From Trichoplax adhaerens (Eukaryota > Animalia > Placozoa), in NCBI RefSeq assembly GCF_000150275.1, contig NW_002060944.1:4592123-4656122 (forward strand): a stretch of DNA of 64,000 nt. Direction: 5' to 3'. The notes below the pieces were generated by a model, which saw only the letters and a list, made by a program, of their open reading frames with translations, ran no database searches and was not told the DNA's origin. Both the position numbers and the translations under genes were made by a program. The number at the start of each line of letters is the position of its first letter. The stretch's first letter is position 1. Positions 36,520 through 50,422 of the stretch are shown here, one piece after another.

Positions 36520-38150
36520 CTAACGTCATTGATAAGCAGTTCAATCGATGATGATGTTTGATGATGAAGATTGTGGTTAAGATGAATGAGTAGGAGAAGT
36601 CAGTCAAGATAGCTTGGACGATCAACACTTCCATCATGGGAGTATTTTCTCCACCAGTACTCTAATATTGGAAATCATTCTCGTAGTAATTTACTGTAGC
36701 TCAATTAAAACGTCATGATTGCTTACGTTTATATCAATGATGATAATTTCAATCGATGCGAGATGGTGATGATGAAGACTGTTGTTTAGTTAAATGAATG
36801 TTATTTAAGAATAGTATACAAGTCATGCTGGGCAGTGGCCATATTGACCATATTCAACCACTGTTGTATTTCTCCTACTCGAAGCAGAATATGAGAATAA
36901 TAATATTTAAAATCAGCGTCGTATTCACTTACTTTATTGTTCGTTAAATCGATGAAAACATAATAAGTGCTAACATCAAAATCAAGGATGATAATTTAAT
37001 GTACAGGAAATGTTCCATGATGAAGATTGAACTTTAGTTGGATTGATGTTGTTGAAGAAGAAAATGGTAAAGTCATGCTCACCACTAGCCATATTGACCA
37101 TATACTCTCGTACTTTCTCTACTTTAATGTTCGAGATCATCATGGTATTAATTAATGGTTTTAACCTACTGCGGTTAAATAGTATCAAGATATCATGGAC
37201 TGCTAATATCTAGATAAACAGTGACGATTTAAATATTAACTATAAAAAGTATTAATCATGAAAGATTATAGTTCACTTGGATCAATGTTATTTAAGAACC
37301 GTATCGAAAACATGTTGGACTGTGGCCATGTCGATGACGGAGCATTCTCTCTACTCTGACATTTTATATCATCATCGTACTATCTTACTGTAGTTAAATG
37401 AGATCAATATGTCATGGATTGCTAACATCTAGATCAGCGATGATCATTTCACTGAGTCTAAAGCTATTTTTCTCTATGGATGGCATTTTCTGTCCTAACT
37501 AAATACAAAGAAAATTCATTTTGAATGTCTCTCTTCAACCGTGATGCAATCAATCAGTACACTATAGTAAATACCTACACCATTTTTTGTCTTCATCAGT
37601 TATTTATGTTTTCAATATTTTACTGCACTTAGAAACTTTGATGATTTCGGCCAGTTGAATATCATTTTTTTTCTGTATCTATCGTGCCTGAGTGCAATCA
37701 AGACATAACTAATCAGTGATGGCAATTTTAGTGAGTTAAAAGCGATCAATTCGATCCTTTCTAGTCATTTTCCATTATACTCTTCGTTAATTTTATTGAG
37801 CTGAATAAAGTCTAAACATTCAATACATTAATATAGTAATTCATTTCCGATGTTTTTCACACTTGACGATGACGACTTCGCTTAGTTTATTCAATTTTCT
37901 TCCGTCAGTCAATTTTGACCGTTCTGTACTAGAATGACATCGAAACAGTCAACGCTTAGTGCCTTTATCAAAGATGATGATTTCAGTCAGTTTCCAATAA
38001 TATTCTTATACTGTACACCCGTATTGGCTGTACCCGAAACTAGATTGAAAATTTGGATCAATTGCCAATACCTTGATATATCACGATGACGATGATTTCA
38101 CTTACTTTAAAAATAGCCTTCCGATAGACAAATAATTATAATCAAAATTT
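36520..38150. repeat. Highly degenerate tandem array (~240-bp and ~110-bp periodicity) upstream of the copper transporter
   Basis: tcatg(g)attgcta..at.taga.....gatgat.atttc at ~36713, 37193 and 37412; aagtcatgct......gccatattgaccatat at ~36821 and ~37070; gatga.gatttc....agtt at ~37640, 37866, 37974 and 38086. Confidence 0.6.
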
Positions 38151-38981
38151 CTTTCAATAGTATGATTATTCTGACAGAATGTTGACGCTAGAAGCAATTC
38201 TAAATTATAGATGGTCGCTCTAGCGTCAATTACAATTGCTGATATTTCTGTTAGTCAAGAATTTCATCTGTCTTTAAATTTTTCTATTTTTAAAATCGTA
38301 TTGTTAATACTATTTGCGATATAATCGTCATATTTCATCAGATTGACGAATATTTATACAGTACTGTAGTATACTACACATATCATCGGGACATACTGTA
38401 ATACAAGAAGAATAAGAAAAATCAAAGTCGAGATTTTTCTCATTTATAGACTGCGTTGAAATCTTCATCACGTACACCACTTGTGTAAATAAAATTGGAT
38501 CTCAATTTATTTTCATCGATTAGACAAATACAGCGACCAGTAATTAATAAATTATAGATTATTTCTTAAGACTAGCTCATTAATTTTTATAAGTTTCATC
38601 AAGACAGGGCCATCGATTCGATGAACATCATTTCTGCTTGATGGTGACGGTTAACAACTTATCCTTTAGATTGTTATGGAAATCAATGCATAGTTCTACT
38701 TCATTCATGTCAACTATTAACAATTTCATGATAATATTTTTAGAATCATTTCGCGCTCTTATTATGACCGTACCATCGTTGGATAGTTCCATTTCTTTAT
38801 CAGTTGTTTTTACTTAATCATCTTGAGGCTATGCATGAATTCATGTCATCAATTAGAGTTAGCCAACCTCTGTCGAAAGTAGATATGCTATAATTAGTCT
38901 CATAAATTCATTTTGATGTCTATTAATACGGTATAAATTGATTCTGTTTCGGATAGTTGCTAAGACTGAAAGAAAAGAATT

Positions 38982-40704
38982 ATGAATCATAATCACACAC
39001 ATGATGGCAGTACAATGCCTACGGGTACGCATAGTATGCATATGCATCCTACTACAGCTAATAGCCACGCAGGCCATGGACCTTCGTCGACTCCAGGCCA
39101 TCAAGTAAGAGGAATTAAATCTATTTTGATGATTTTTAATAGCATAGATTGGAATAAAATTGATATTTTTTAGCATACTAATATGCTATGGTTTGTTCAT
39201 TGATCGGCTTATACATATGATTACTATTCCATTGCCAGGGATATTTCTATTTTAGTGACCAAGCAATAGTCCTGTTTGCTGGTTGGAAAATTACCACCGC
39301 TTCTGGTAAATTAAGTAGTCATTACTATGCAAAGCTGTTATTTCAACGTCCTAAATCGAGAGATTTAAGTGATCGTTCGAAAACGTGATGATAATAATAA
39401 ATGTATACATCACGTATTCAATTTTTTCACACAATTTATTAATTAGACTTCATTACTATTATCTATTGTCAGTTGCATAATACATTTGTTCTCACTCTAG
39501 AAAGCATACAATAATTCAGCGTACAGTTGATTTTTGCCCTTTAGATAGCTAAAAAATTGAATGCATTATCCGCTTGTCTAGATACAATTGCAATGAACAT
39601 TTTTAGAGTATCTAATACACCTTTAATATGATGTGAAAAATGCTTAACATTGGCAAGATATTGAAATACGATTGTAATAAATAGGACAGGCAGCCAGTAC
39701 ATCTATAATACGATAATGCAATTAAATGCCAACATTTGCAAAATTTTGAAATACGATTGTAATAAATAGCATCCAGTATACTTTTAAAACAATGATGTAA
39801 ATAATTACTAACATTTTCAAAATAGTGAAATACTATTGCAATAAATAGAACAGAGCATCCAGTATACCTGTAGTACAATGATATAAAAAATACTAACATT
39901 TCCAAAATATTAAAACACGTTTACAATGTATAGAACAGTGCCCATTCCACCTATAATACAATGATGCAAAAATACTAACATTTGTAAAATACTAAAATTT
40001 AGGAATGGCTCTATCCTGTGTGGGTATTTTCTTTTTGGCTTGGCTTTATGAAGGTTTAAAAGTTTTTCGTGAAAGATGGTTTTACAATAGTATCCAATAC
40101 GATCGTAGTCGTAAAATTAGTAAAATTACGGAAAGGTAAGCAATTTTTTGGGCTATTGGAGACTCCTAGAATCTGATGGAGTGAACGTATTGTTCTTAGA
40201 AATACTATAACAATTATGATACTAATAGAAATAGGTTAACTTTGATGTATTCTTTGCAGTCTTTATTGTAATGAATATTGAAAATTAGGTAATAACTTGC
40301 TTGTTGAAAAGTAAAATTTGGATTCATCATATTGTGCTTGATTATAAAAAATCAATCTCTTTATAGAGTAACATTAATCCCACTGTGTTTATTAACGGTT
40401 ATCATCAGCTCATTTGCAACCTTGATTGATTTATTCTACGTTAATATTAAAGTTTGAGCGATGCAAACTAATACATGATGTCCTTTCTTCATTTCTTAGC
40501 TTTTCTGGAAGATGTTTCGGTGACCATATACTACAAACGATTCTACATGTCATTCAAATTGTGTTGAGCTACTTCTTAATGTTAATTTTCATGACCTATA
40601 ACGGCTACTTATGCATAGCTGTTGCTGCTGGCTCTGGCTTTGGCTATTTGACTTTTGGATGGCTTCGTAGAACCTTCCAAGACACGACCGAACATTGTCA
40701 TTAA
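38982..40704 (+). CDS. SLC31A1: High-affinity copper uptake protein (CTR1/SLC31 family), 4 exons
   Basis: Exons 38982-39104, 39239-39305, 40003-40135 and 40500-40704. His/Met-rich N-terminus MNHNHTH (ATCUN-like xxH), YFYF...VLFAGW, LYEGLK, TM2 MLIFM (MxxxM), TM3 GSGFG (GxxxG), C-terminal HCH. Confidence 0.93.
39590..39995. repeat. Degenerate ~83-bp tandem repeat (~5 copies) in CTR1 intron 2
   Basis: aatacgattgtaataaatag variants at ~39665, 39750, 39829 and 39913, each preceded by aacattt..aaaat. Confidence 0.8.
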
Positions 40705-43429
40705 TCTACAACTCCACTAGATACTGCAGTGCCACTTTTAAAGCAACCTTCATTTAGGGATAATAAGAACTTTTTAATGATTTAATTAGTTGTTTAGAAT
40801 GTTTCTTACATGAACAATATAGACCATTGTAATTCAAATTCATAATGTTGCTTTCAGTTGTTAATAAGTTCTTGTTAATTCAATCATTGCTTTCGATATG
40901 ATTTTAGAGGCTGGTTTCTGTTATTATCCTTGTGAATATCTATAGCAGATATTTTTCTATTCCATATTTATGCAATTGTTCTGGATCATTTTAGATATTT
41001 CCTCAAGTAAATAAATGACTTGGAAATTTTATTAACCAAAGTTTCCTGGAAAAATCGTAAAAGTGATTAATAGAAGTCGATACGAAAACCTGTACCTGAT
41101 TATTTGGCTTTGTATAAGGTAGCAACGTGTAAAAAAAATAGGCATTACTTCTGAAGAAAATAGTGAAATTGCGAATATTAATTTATACTTTACGTTACAC
41201 TTATGCTTTAAAGGTATACATATCTCTGGTAGTCAGTAGAATTAAAGTCTACTTTTGACGATCTAATACCAGTACACGATTTCCTTTTATCAAAAAGTTC
41301 TGTTAAATATGGCTACTTGGGATGTATTTAAATATTACTCTATTTGATCTACAGTATACACAACGGCAACAAACTAATACGTATTCCAGTATAAATGTGT
41401 AACAAGCATTTAAATCAGTCATTCGGGTCGATCTCAATATTCTACAGCACACTAACTGCATCTACAAAAGAACGTTAGCATGCTAAAACTAACAGCGACT
41501 TTAAGACCATCACAAAAAATTTAGGTTTAGAGGGTAAAGATAAGTACAGAAATTCATTTTAAAAATATTGCTGTATGATTTACTATGAGATAATACTTCT
41601 ACTCTAAAGTAGTAGAGAATAAACTAAATGATCTTCAGCGCCAATGACATCATCATAATAATTCATTTGATCTGATGGCAGCGCCTACAAAGGTTCGCTC
41701 TTTCCTGCTTAAACATACATATGCGAGTATATATAGAAATCTATATGCTTAGATCATGTACATATATCGGTTATATTCGTATATATGTGTAGATGATATA
41801 ATTACGTATACATTGATTAAGTAGAATCTTTTGTTGCCAGGCTACAAACATCATCGATTGATTTTGTTTCTTATCTTAAATATACGCGAATATAAGCTTA
41901 ATCTGTCCCTTTAGAAAAGGTTTTCATAAAAAGGGAGGAATTAAATGAATAACTAACCTTCTACTCCCGTAATCATCAATGGACTATAAAAAATGACGTA
42001 ACCTGGAGATGGTATATGTGATCAGAATGCAAAATGGCGAAATAGCTGCCAAAATGTAAAGCAGATTTGCGATTACTAACAAAGCCATCGCGGTGAAATT
42101 TCCAATTATAGTAGTATTAGGGTACTTTTAAAGCTTTACTGCACCAATTGGGAATCACATCATCGATGATATCAGCAGTCATCATCAGCTAAATCGCAGA
42201 TCTCACTAGAAATTTCTTCCATACTTACCATCGAACGCCGTATCACGATGGTCCGATATCTTATTCGATAGAATTATTCTAAAGTAGCTTAAGCTTAAGC
42301 TATAATGTGGTTCTTAAGTATAGAAGACCCCTATGCTATCACGTAATCAATTTAAAGTGAGACTGCTCAATGATTGATCTCATTAGCGGTGATTTCAATC
42401 GCTTAAGCTATCGTATAAATCTATCTTCCAGTATGGAATTCTTTCTAGACCATTTTGTAATCGTTTCACAGCTATACTCTAACGAGAGTTAGAAACTCCA
42501 ATATGGATGATTCAATTCCTGATATATGAAATTGGATAATCAATTGTGAAACTAGGACTAATTCCACAATAATAGAGATCCTTTCGGTTTTGATATATAT
42601 GAATTAGATTAACGGGGGGAAAATAAGAAAGTGGGCACTTTAGTGTATTGACCGATTAGTATTGCATTCTAGGCATTTACCGATTTAATTTTAAAATTAT
42701 CTTAATAGGATCACAGCTAATACACAGTTACCCCCTAAAATATCGATGATGATCCTTTATAATTTATAGCGAATATACTATAGAAAATTAAACTGCATCG
42801 TTGGCCCATTTAATGATACAATATAACAAGTATTTTAGCAAAACATAAGTAGAAAGTGATAGTTAATAAATGACAATAATGATACAAAATCTTCTTTATA
42901 TGACCTTGAGAGAAAGAATTACAACTTTTACGTAGTACATAGCTATCTATAGCAATCAGATAAAAATATCGACAGCATTGTAAACATAATAAATTAGGTA
43001 ACATTTTACTATTTGCAAGAGCTACTAAGAATGATAATAACAGGATATAGAATAGAAAATAGGAGTTGAATTCCTGATTTTAAATCATGAAAATAAAATA
43101 TCAACATCTCTGCATTAATAATAAGCCTGACTCCGTATAATTGAAATACAAATTATCAAAGTGTTAAAAATAGCCTACAACCGGCAGGTATAAATGTTAA
43201 TCAATATGAACAAATCAAAACTGAGAAATAGAGGTTATTCTGAGGTTTATATTGGCATAGATTTTTGATATTTCATGTCAATGATCAGCTACTGGATATT
43301 GAAAATCTTGACATCGCGTTACGAAAATATCAAAATAGTAATAGTAGGAGAAATATACGTAGGTCTTATAAGTTAAAATCTTAATTGTAGGGATACCGAA
43401 GGTTAATATTAGAAACAACAGCGAATTAT

Positions 43430-43670
43430 TTCTAGATCGATTTTAGCGCATATTTTTTAATCGAATGCTTGATTTACTGTACAGTATATATGTACAGCCT
43501 TTGATATTGAAACTTAGCGAACTATTACTCGATTTCTTAGTACATATTTTGCTCATTGACTACTTGATTCACTGTACATGTACAGCTTTAGATATAGAAA
43601 CACCAGCCAGGTATTGTTAGATTGATTTTAGGGCATATTTTGCTAATCGAGTGCTTGATTTACGGTATAT
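43430..43670. repeat. Short degenerate tandem duplication
   Basis: gattttag.gcatatttt..taatcga.tgcttgatttac.gta at ~43438 and ~43623, with an intervening half copy at ~43530. Confidence 0.6.
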
Positions 43671-43758
43671 ATTTGCATGGATTGATTAAGTAACATATCA
43701 AATGAATGTAGAGTAAAAAAGAGATTGGATTAAGAATATTCCAGCATTAAATAAAAGT

Positions 43759-46455
43759 CTATTCTTTATTGCTGGAGTTATCTGTTAATAAATCGAATTG
43801 TTGAATTCTCAAACGGTTATAGATAGCTAGTGATGGTTGATGCTTTGGGCGAGTATAGTCGGCACTATTTGTCATTCCATTTCTCAAATCTAAAGATAAA
43901 TAAAATTTTATGGATTAACATTTGTAAGAAATTAAAGTCAGTATGAACGATATAACAGAAATAGATACAATTAGTTTATTTAATTAATATCAGAATACAT
44001 ACTTAAATTTCGGCCACGAGAAACAATACCAACACATTTAGTAATATCAGGCTGGCCCTCAGGCTGACGAATTAGTTCCATTGGTAATAATCTGCGATCG
44101 CAATGTAAAAATAAATCAGATGTAATATAGAAAAATGATTATACAGTATCACAACATCATCAGATGGAATTATCCATATATGATACTAATAGAATAATAT
44201 TTAACTATAAGGTATCGCATTAGTCATTCGGATATGATCGCCTCATTTATAATATCTTTCATTAGAGAATTACATGCTTGAGCATGTTGGATTAGTCATA
44301 CACCATGAAGATATACGATATGTGCACTAAATGAAATGATTCTAATCGCAAAATTAACAACCTTTCTTTCTTCACTCGTAAGAAAATTACTATACTTGAG
44401 CATGTTGGATTAATCTTACACTATTAAGATATGACAAATGAAGTGAATGGAATGACTGTAATCACAAAATTAACAACTTTGCTTTCTTCAATCATAAAAA
44501 ACTGCTATTCTTGAGCATATTGGATTAATCTTATAATGAAGATACGGCAAATGAAATGATTCTAATCACATAATTAATAACCTTCCTTTCTTCAAAGCAC
44601 CACTTGCTGACGAATTCTTACTCGTTGGACGTTGATTTAAATGCCTAAATTCCCACTGCTGCTTTTCGAGCCTTTCTGTAGGTAATTGAGTAACTGGTCG
44701 TCTAATATGATCATAACTGTCTTTTTGATTTAAGAAGTTTCCCTGATGTTGCATTTTTACTCGATTAGTGGGAAATTGAGTTACTGGTCGAGTTGTAGTA
44801 TTATTGTCATATCTTGGGCTAGAAGCAGTATCATATTGGCGCTGGTTAAACTTTCCTATTGGCGATTGCGGAGTTATAATTTTAACTGACTGACTAAACC
44901 ACTGGTTATGTTGAGATTTTTCTGGTCGATTTGAAGGTATTTGAGTTTCTGGTCGTTTTATGACAACTTGTCCTTCGTTATGATTTGTTGACGTCTCATT
45001 AAATTGATGGAGCTGTCGAGGAGAATATCCATTGTATACACCATGACGTGGGCTAAATTTACCCTTGATAGTAAACATTTCTTCTTCCCGTTGTTGTAAT
45101 CTTTGTTGTTTCTTGGCCAATAATTGTTGTTGCTGTACATCTAAGATGAAATCTTTAACACGTACTACCTTTTTAGCCGTAGCTTGGCGTAGTTTTTCAG
45201 CTGGTGCTAGGTTATTCTATATTTAATGGATAAGGTATCCAAAATTTTAGTTTATTTATGACCATTAATGTTTATAGTACTAGGAAATAGTTTACTTTTA
45301 TTCTAGGTTCCAGTTTCTTCTCCTGAGCTTGTTTGAATGGAGCTTCAACCAATGGGTTTGTCTTGATTACTTCCTCATTAGTATCGATTTGATGTTGATT
45401 CGATAGGTAATATCCAGTTTTAGCTAGGAAATGCAATTCTTCTTGTTTCAGTGGCTCTAAAAGTGGAAATGCCGCAATAATTTCATAAAATTTATTACTG
45501 CTGTACTAAGCAGAGCATTTATTGAAGTATTAAACAATTTACTATATTAAGAAAAGGATCATTTTTAGTTATCTTTATAGAGTAGTAAGGGACTAAAGTG
45601 TTGTCGCCAATACTAAATTTTAAATAAATCATAGACATACTTTCATTAACAAGACCAGTTGGTATATAGTTTTTCTTGTCAGTTATGATATTGCCATTAG
45701 GTTTTGTATACTAAATAACGTAAATAGATATAGAAGTTATATTTTATAAGCATATTTGGCATTTAATCTATTATAAAAAGGTAATACTGTGTAAAGTTAC
45801 GAGTATTAGATGGGCAAAATAAGTCAATTCCAATTTTTAAATAAAGATAAAAGAAGATTATTTGTCAGACTTTTTGAAAAACTTTATATACTAAGATAAG
45901 TTTAATCCATTTCTAGAGTAATGAAAATTTTAAAATATTAAAAGAAAAGCTATACTGTATACCATCAATATTTATTTAATTATAATTTAGCTAATATAAA
46001 TTATGCCCTACGTAAATATATCAATGCTAGCCGATAAAAATTAAGTTGTAATTCAGGAAATTTATAGTGATATCTAAAATGGGTAGCATTAACTGGATTC
46101 TCGATAGCTATAATCATTTGGGGACTTATATGAATATCTAAGAAATAGTTCAATTTTATGGTAAAGTTTGCGCAAATTCATTACAGCTATGTTGTACTTT
46201 CATTTATACATAGTTCATAGATAGGGTCTACTAAAATATGAGAAATCACTGCCTTAAGGTTTTACTGTCTATTCGATTTTGTAACTTTTTATTTATGTCT
46301 ACCTGTAAGAATCGAACTCTTTTGTGGCGATTCTTCTTTGGTCGTGGGAATACCGCCTGATTGCCAGCAGTATTGACAAAACATCCATCAAGTAGGCTTG
46401 GTTCATCTCCATCCATACCCAGACCAGAATCTGGTCGGGCTGGGATATCTGCCAT
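43759..46455 (-). CDS. Uncharacterised multi-exon hydrophilic protein with three RPxTQxP motifs; possibly ciliary
   Basis: Open GT-AG exons from MADIPARPDSGLGMDG (46455) through ~45710-45640, ~45458-45300, ~45217-44582, ~44091-44002 and 43889-43759, ending LLTDNSSNKE*. Motifs RPETQIPSNR, RPVTQFPTNR, RPVTQLPTER. No family recognised. Confidence 0.7.
44270..44600. repeat. ~117-bp tandem repeat (3 copies) that includes an exon end and splice donor of the orphan gene
   Basis: cttgagcat.ttggatta at ~44277, 44395 and 44510; aattaa.aac.tt.ctttcttca at ~44352, 44467 and 44572. Confidence 0.8.
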
Positions 46456-47528
46456 ATTTTGGCTACAGTATAATCTTTTCCAATCTAATGAAAACAAGTT
46501 TCAGGATAATAGTTAGCACCGAATTGAAAGAGCTAAATTTAATACACTACATCAATATCACATAGAAGATTGACTCTTTGCAATATTGGCAGCGATTACC
46601 TAAATGCTACTTTTAGCAATAACTGTTATATGCGTTAGACGTATACGAAAGACAATAATAATCAAAATAATATGATCGCTATCAAGTCCCGATAGTAAGT
46701 CGCTGTTGATGATAATTTTTCTAAAGTCCTACAATTTAATAATCGAGCCCAGTCTTAGTTACTATCGTGATGCAAACAACTTAATGATGAGTAAACGCAA
46801 TGATAATGGTGTAGTTACATTAATTAAATAGTAAATTGGCTTAAAATAGAATCAATACGCGCAAATCATGCACAAAAGTATAATTCTTTGAGCCTGTATT
46901 TGAACAAGGAGAATAATGTTACAGAAACTTTAAGTGTCCGCGGATATCGCGATCAACATTGGCTACTACTGGCTTCTAAAGCAATAGTAATTACCTTTTA
47001 AACTACTGTTTCGCTATAGTATAAGTGCGATAAATTTTAGCTTAACTTCTAATAGTACGATATTAGTTTAGACTTCATTTTATGTTTCTATAGGCCAACA
47101 TAACGCAACAATACTAATCTTTGCGATAATTTTATATTTACATGCTACAAACTAGGTATATTAAAGAAATTATCCAGAATATACTGCTATCATATGCATT
47201 TCATAGTTCACTGACAGTAATTAAAGATCTAATTTCTTTCACGTAGATTACATTTATCGTAGATTTCTTATCTTTATCAGATCTAATCAATTCTAGTAGA
47301 TAATAATTTATGACAGATGTCTTTTACCTTTTAAGATCTATACCTTATTATCTAATAGTAAGCTATCCTACCTTATTGTAAACGGAGAGAAATTGGATTT
47401 CAAGACATCGAAACCCATAGAGCGTAACTTTGTCTGCAATTCACATTTATCAGACATAAAAGAATTTATTTATGTCTATTAATCCCAGGCAATCAAACAG
47501 TAAACGAAGGAAAGAATCGATTACTACT

Positions 47529-47542
47529 GTTTCCATAGCAAC
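47529..47542. promoter_or_regulatory. RFX X-box
   Basis: GTTTCCATAGCAAC is a 14/14 match to the X-box consensus GTYNCY-AT-RGNAAC, ~1.07 kb upstream of the orphan gene ATG. Confidence 0.7.
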
Positions 47543-47624
47543 GGAGAGGAATCGACTATGCAACACCATAATAGCATCTTGATATCACTGGTAATATTCC
47601 ACGTTGTAATATAGTTATTATTTA

Positions 47625-47925
47625 TGTAGAAATGGATTTAATTATTATGGCTTTAAAATGTTGACTTTAAAGTGTTTATTTCTTTCTGTTTATATACTAA
47701 TTTTAACTTTAAAATATTGACTATAAAGTGTTTAGTCCTTTTCCTTCATATAATAATTTTAACAGATTCTAATTAACGTCGTGGTGATAAATTAGAAATA
47801 GATAAATCAGAAATGAATTTGATAATTATGGCTTTAAAATGTTAACTATAAGGCGTTTATTCCTTTTTGTTCATGTACGTAATTTTAATAGATTATAATT
47901 ATTGCTGTGATGACAAATTAGCATA
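47625..47925. repeat. Local ~180-bp duplication
   Basis: attatggctttaaaatgtt.act.taa.g.gtttatt at ~47644 and ~47825. Confidence 0.65.
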
Positions 47926-50087
47926 TGACTAACAACCAATCATGTACCGGTAATATTTATAACAATCCGACTCATAGCTCCTAACTGTTGGTAAAGGAAG
48001 TGGTATAATGTTTTCCATTAAATGATAAAGGGAAGGTATCGAAATTTACGTTACTTCACTGTTTTGTATATTAATTTCTGACTACGAGATTAAAGGTTCC
48101 TCTAATACATGCGACATTTCTGACGTCTTGAGATCATTCTAAGTGCGCTTTTAAGTTTTTAGGTCATTGAGTAAGGATACCACTGTCATAACTACACCCA
48201 GATTCGATATTTCTCGCAAACAGGGTGTAATTTACACTACTTCAGTTGCGCTCACTCTTTATATTTCAAGGCAATAAATCTAAAATTATTAGGATCTAGA
48301 TATTTTCAGAATCTAGTTTTGAAACCTATGCGATTTCAACTATAATTTGGGTATCCTTATTTCTAATTAAAATTAAAGTGTACAGTAAATTCGATATTTT
48401 TTACTAGCTAAGATTTGCAAAAGTAAGAAAACTGTATCTGGAATATCAGTATTACTAAAATCTTTGAAAGATGCTGGTCAGATAGCTTGTAACAGTGGAC
48501 ATTCAAGTTTATTCCTGATTTATAGCTTACTAAGCGTCTAGTTAAGAATAATCAACGATTTCAGGCAAAGCTTATACATTACTAGTGACGGAATCTTGTT
48601 AAAATATGCAACTACTCGATCATAATTCATTAGTGGACGTTATCATTTTTAAATATTATGGTGGCGCTCTAACATTAGAGTACACTTAGGTATAGCTTTA
48701 ACGACGTGCTAGTTAGATGTAGAAATATAGTAATGAGAGAAGGCATGATGACAGTATCAAGATATACTCGTATCTATTGTTCGGCATAAGGATTGCTTTT
48801 AATTAATTAATTAATAAATCTGTTGGTGTGGTATAAATATAGCTATATCTTCGTAAAGACACTGTATCAATGAGTTATTAGTAATAAAGATTTCAGCAAG
48901 TATAAGCTATATAGGGATCTATACTAAAAAGTAGTTTTTATGAAATTAAATAAAGGATTATCTCAATAAATTTTATTAATAAAATGGAAAAGGTATTTAA
49001 TTCCGATTTATAATATTTTTCGTTCGTGGCCGAACTATATTAAATATTCTTTATCACTTAGGGCTATTACTAATATCTAGGTTAAATAGACTTGCTCAAT
49101 TAAGCTGTAATTTATCAATATTAATGCAATGAAAATTATAAGCTATTTGCCTATAATTTAGAGGTTTAATTTGTTACAGGGTTAGAATGTTTCATGGGAC
49201 CTAAACCATACGATATAACTATTACCTAATCAGGGTTTCAACTTTTTAGGAATATCAATAAATTTCTAATAGCCATTCATGTACGTATGATAAATATAAC
49301 CCTGCAATAATGTTAGCTCTATTGCTGTCTATCCATTACTATATAGAGCTTCATCTCATGATCGGAATCGGGTCTAACTCAGCCTTATTATTAATGCTAA
49401 TGATTGATATATGTATATTCAGTATTTTCGAAGGTATACGAGCGTAGTAATATGTACTATCATACCTATAGAAAAAATTTAAAGCTACACATACTCTAAT
49501 TGCTTTGCTCGGGTATATAACTCATCACTAACTGATTGTTCTAGTTAACTACTGTACCAAACGTAGAAATTTGTAATCTATTAAATAATTATTATCGACA
49601 TGAAATGAACGAGAAATCCTCATAGTGTGTCTATTTACCAGTGTAGTATATCATTCTCCTAATGATATTTTACTTCTTTCGTGAATTGCTATCCTATACA
49701 TGTTAAGTTTTTACTTTATTTATCATTCTAGTCATTAGTTTATCAAGACCAAATACAAATTATTTAATTGCATTTATTAAATCATACCATTTCTTTTTCC
49801 TTGCATTTTGAGAAAAAAACCAATCTATATTCCAAATTATTAATTGATATTGACCATCATACAAGACATGTATGCGTAGTATTTATAATTATGATTTATC
49901 AAATTATCAGTTAAGGAAAAATGGCTAGCTCTTTGGTTAATTTATCTTTTGTTGTTTGATAAAATTGTAGCAAAAGTAAAGTATCTTTGCTGTGGTAAAG
50001 AAAACAAAGTAGGAACGAACCATAATTTTTTATTCTACATGTAGGTCACACGGAAGACTTTGAATGTATTATTTCTTTAGATATATT

Positions 50088-50091
<4 letters not shown>

Positions 50092-50117
<26 letters not shown>
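50092..50117. repeat. (TA)n microsatellite
   Basis: ~13 TA units. Confidence 0.9.
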
Positions 50118-50122
<5 letters not shown>

Positions 50123-50422
50123 ATATAGTGGTGTCACTATTTTCTGTTCTTAAGATCGCTTAATAATAAGCTTTTAATTTTTGTTAATATAGACGATGAT
50201 ATGGAAAAAGATACGAACAGCGATCTTTATGCTAATTTTCTACTCATTTCAATCCAATTATTATGGTATTTTAAGTGATAGATTACAACTATTGCTATGG
50301 TACTATGGTGACAAAAATGATAAAATGCGAAGTAGTGATCGTTAAAATCTCTTACAGTAATTTGATCATATTGAATTCATGGCTTGTTCTACTATGCTTT
50401 AAATTTATCTATGATTCGCCTT

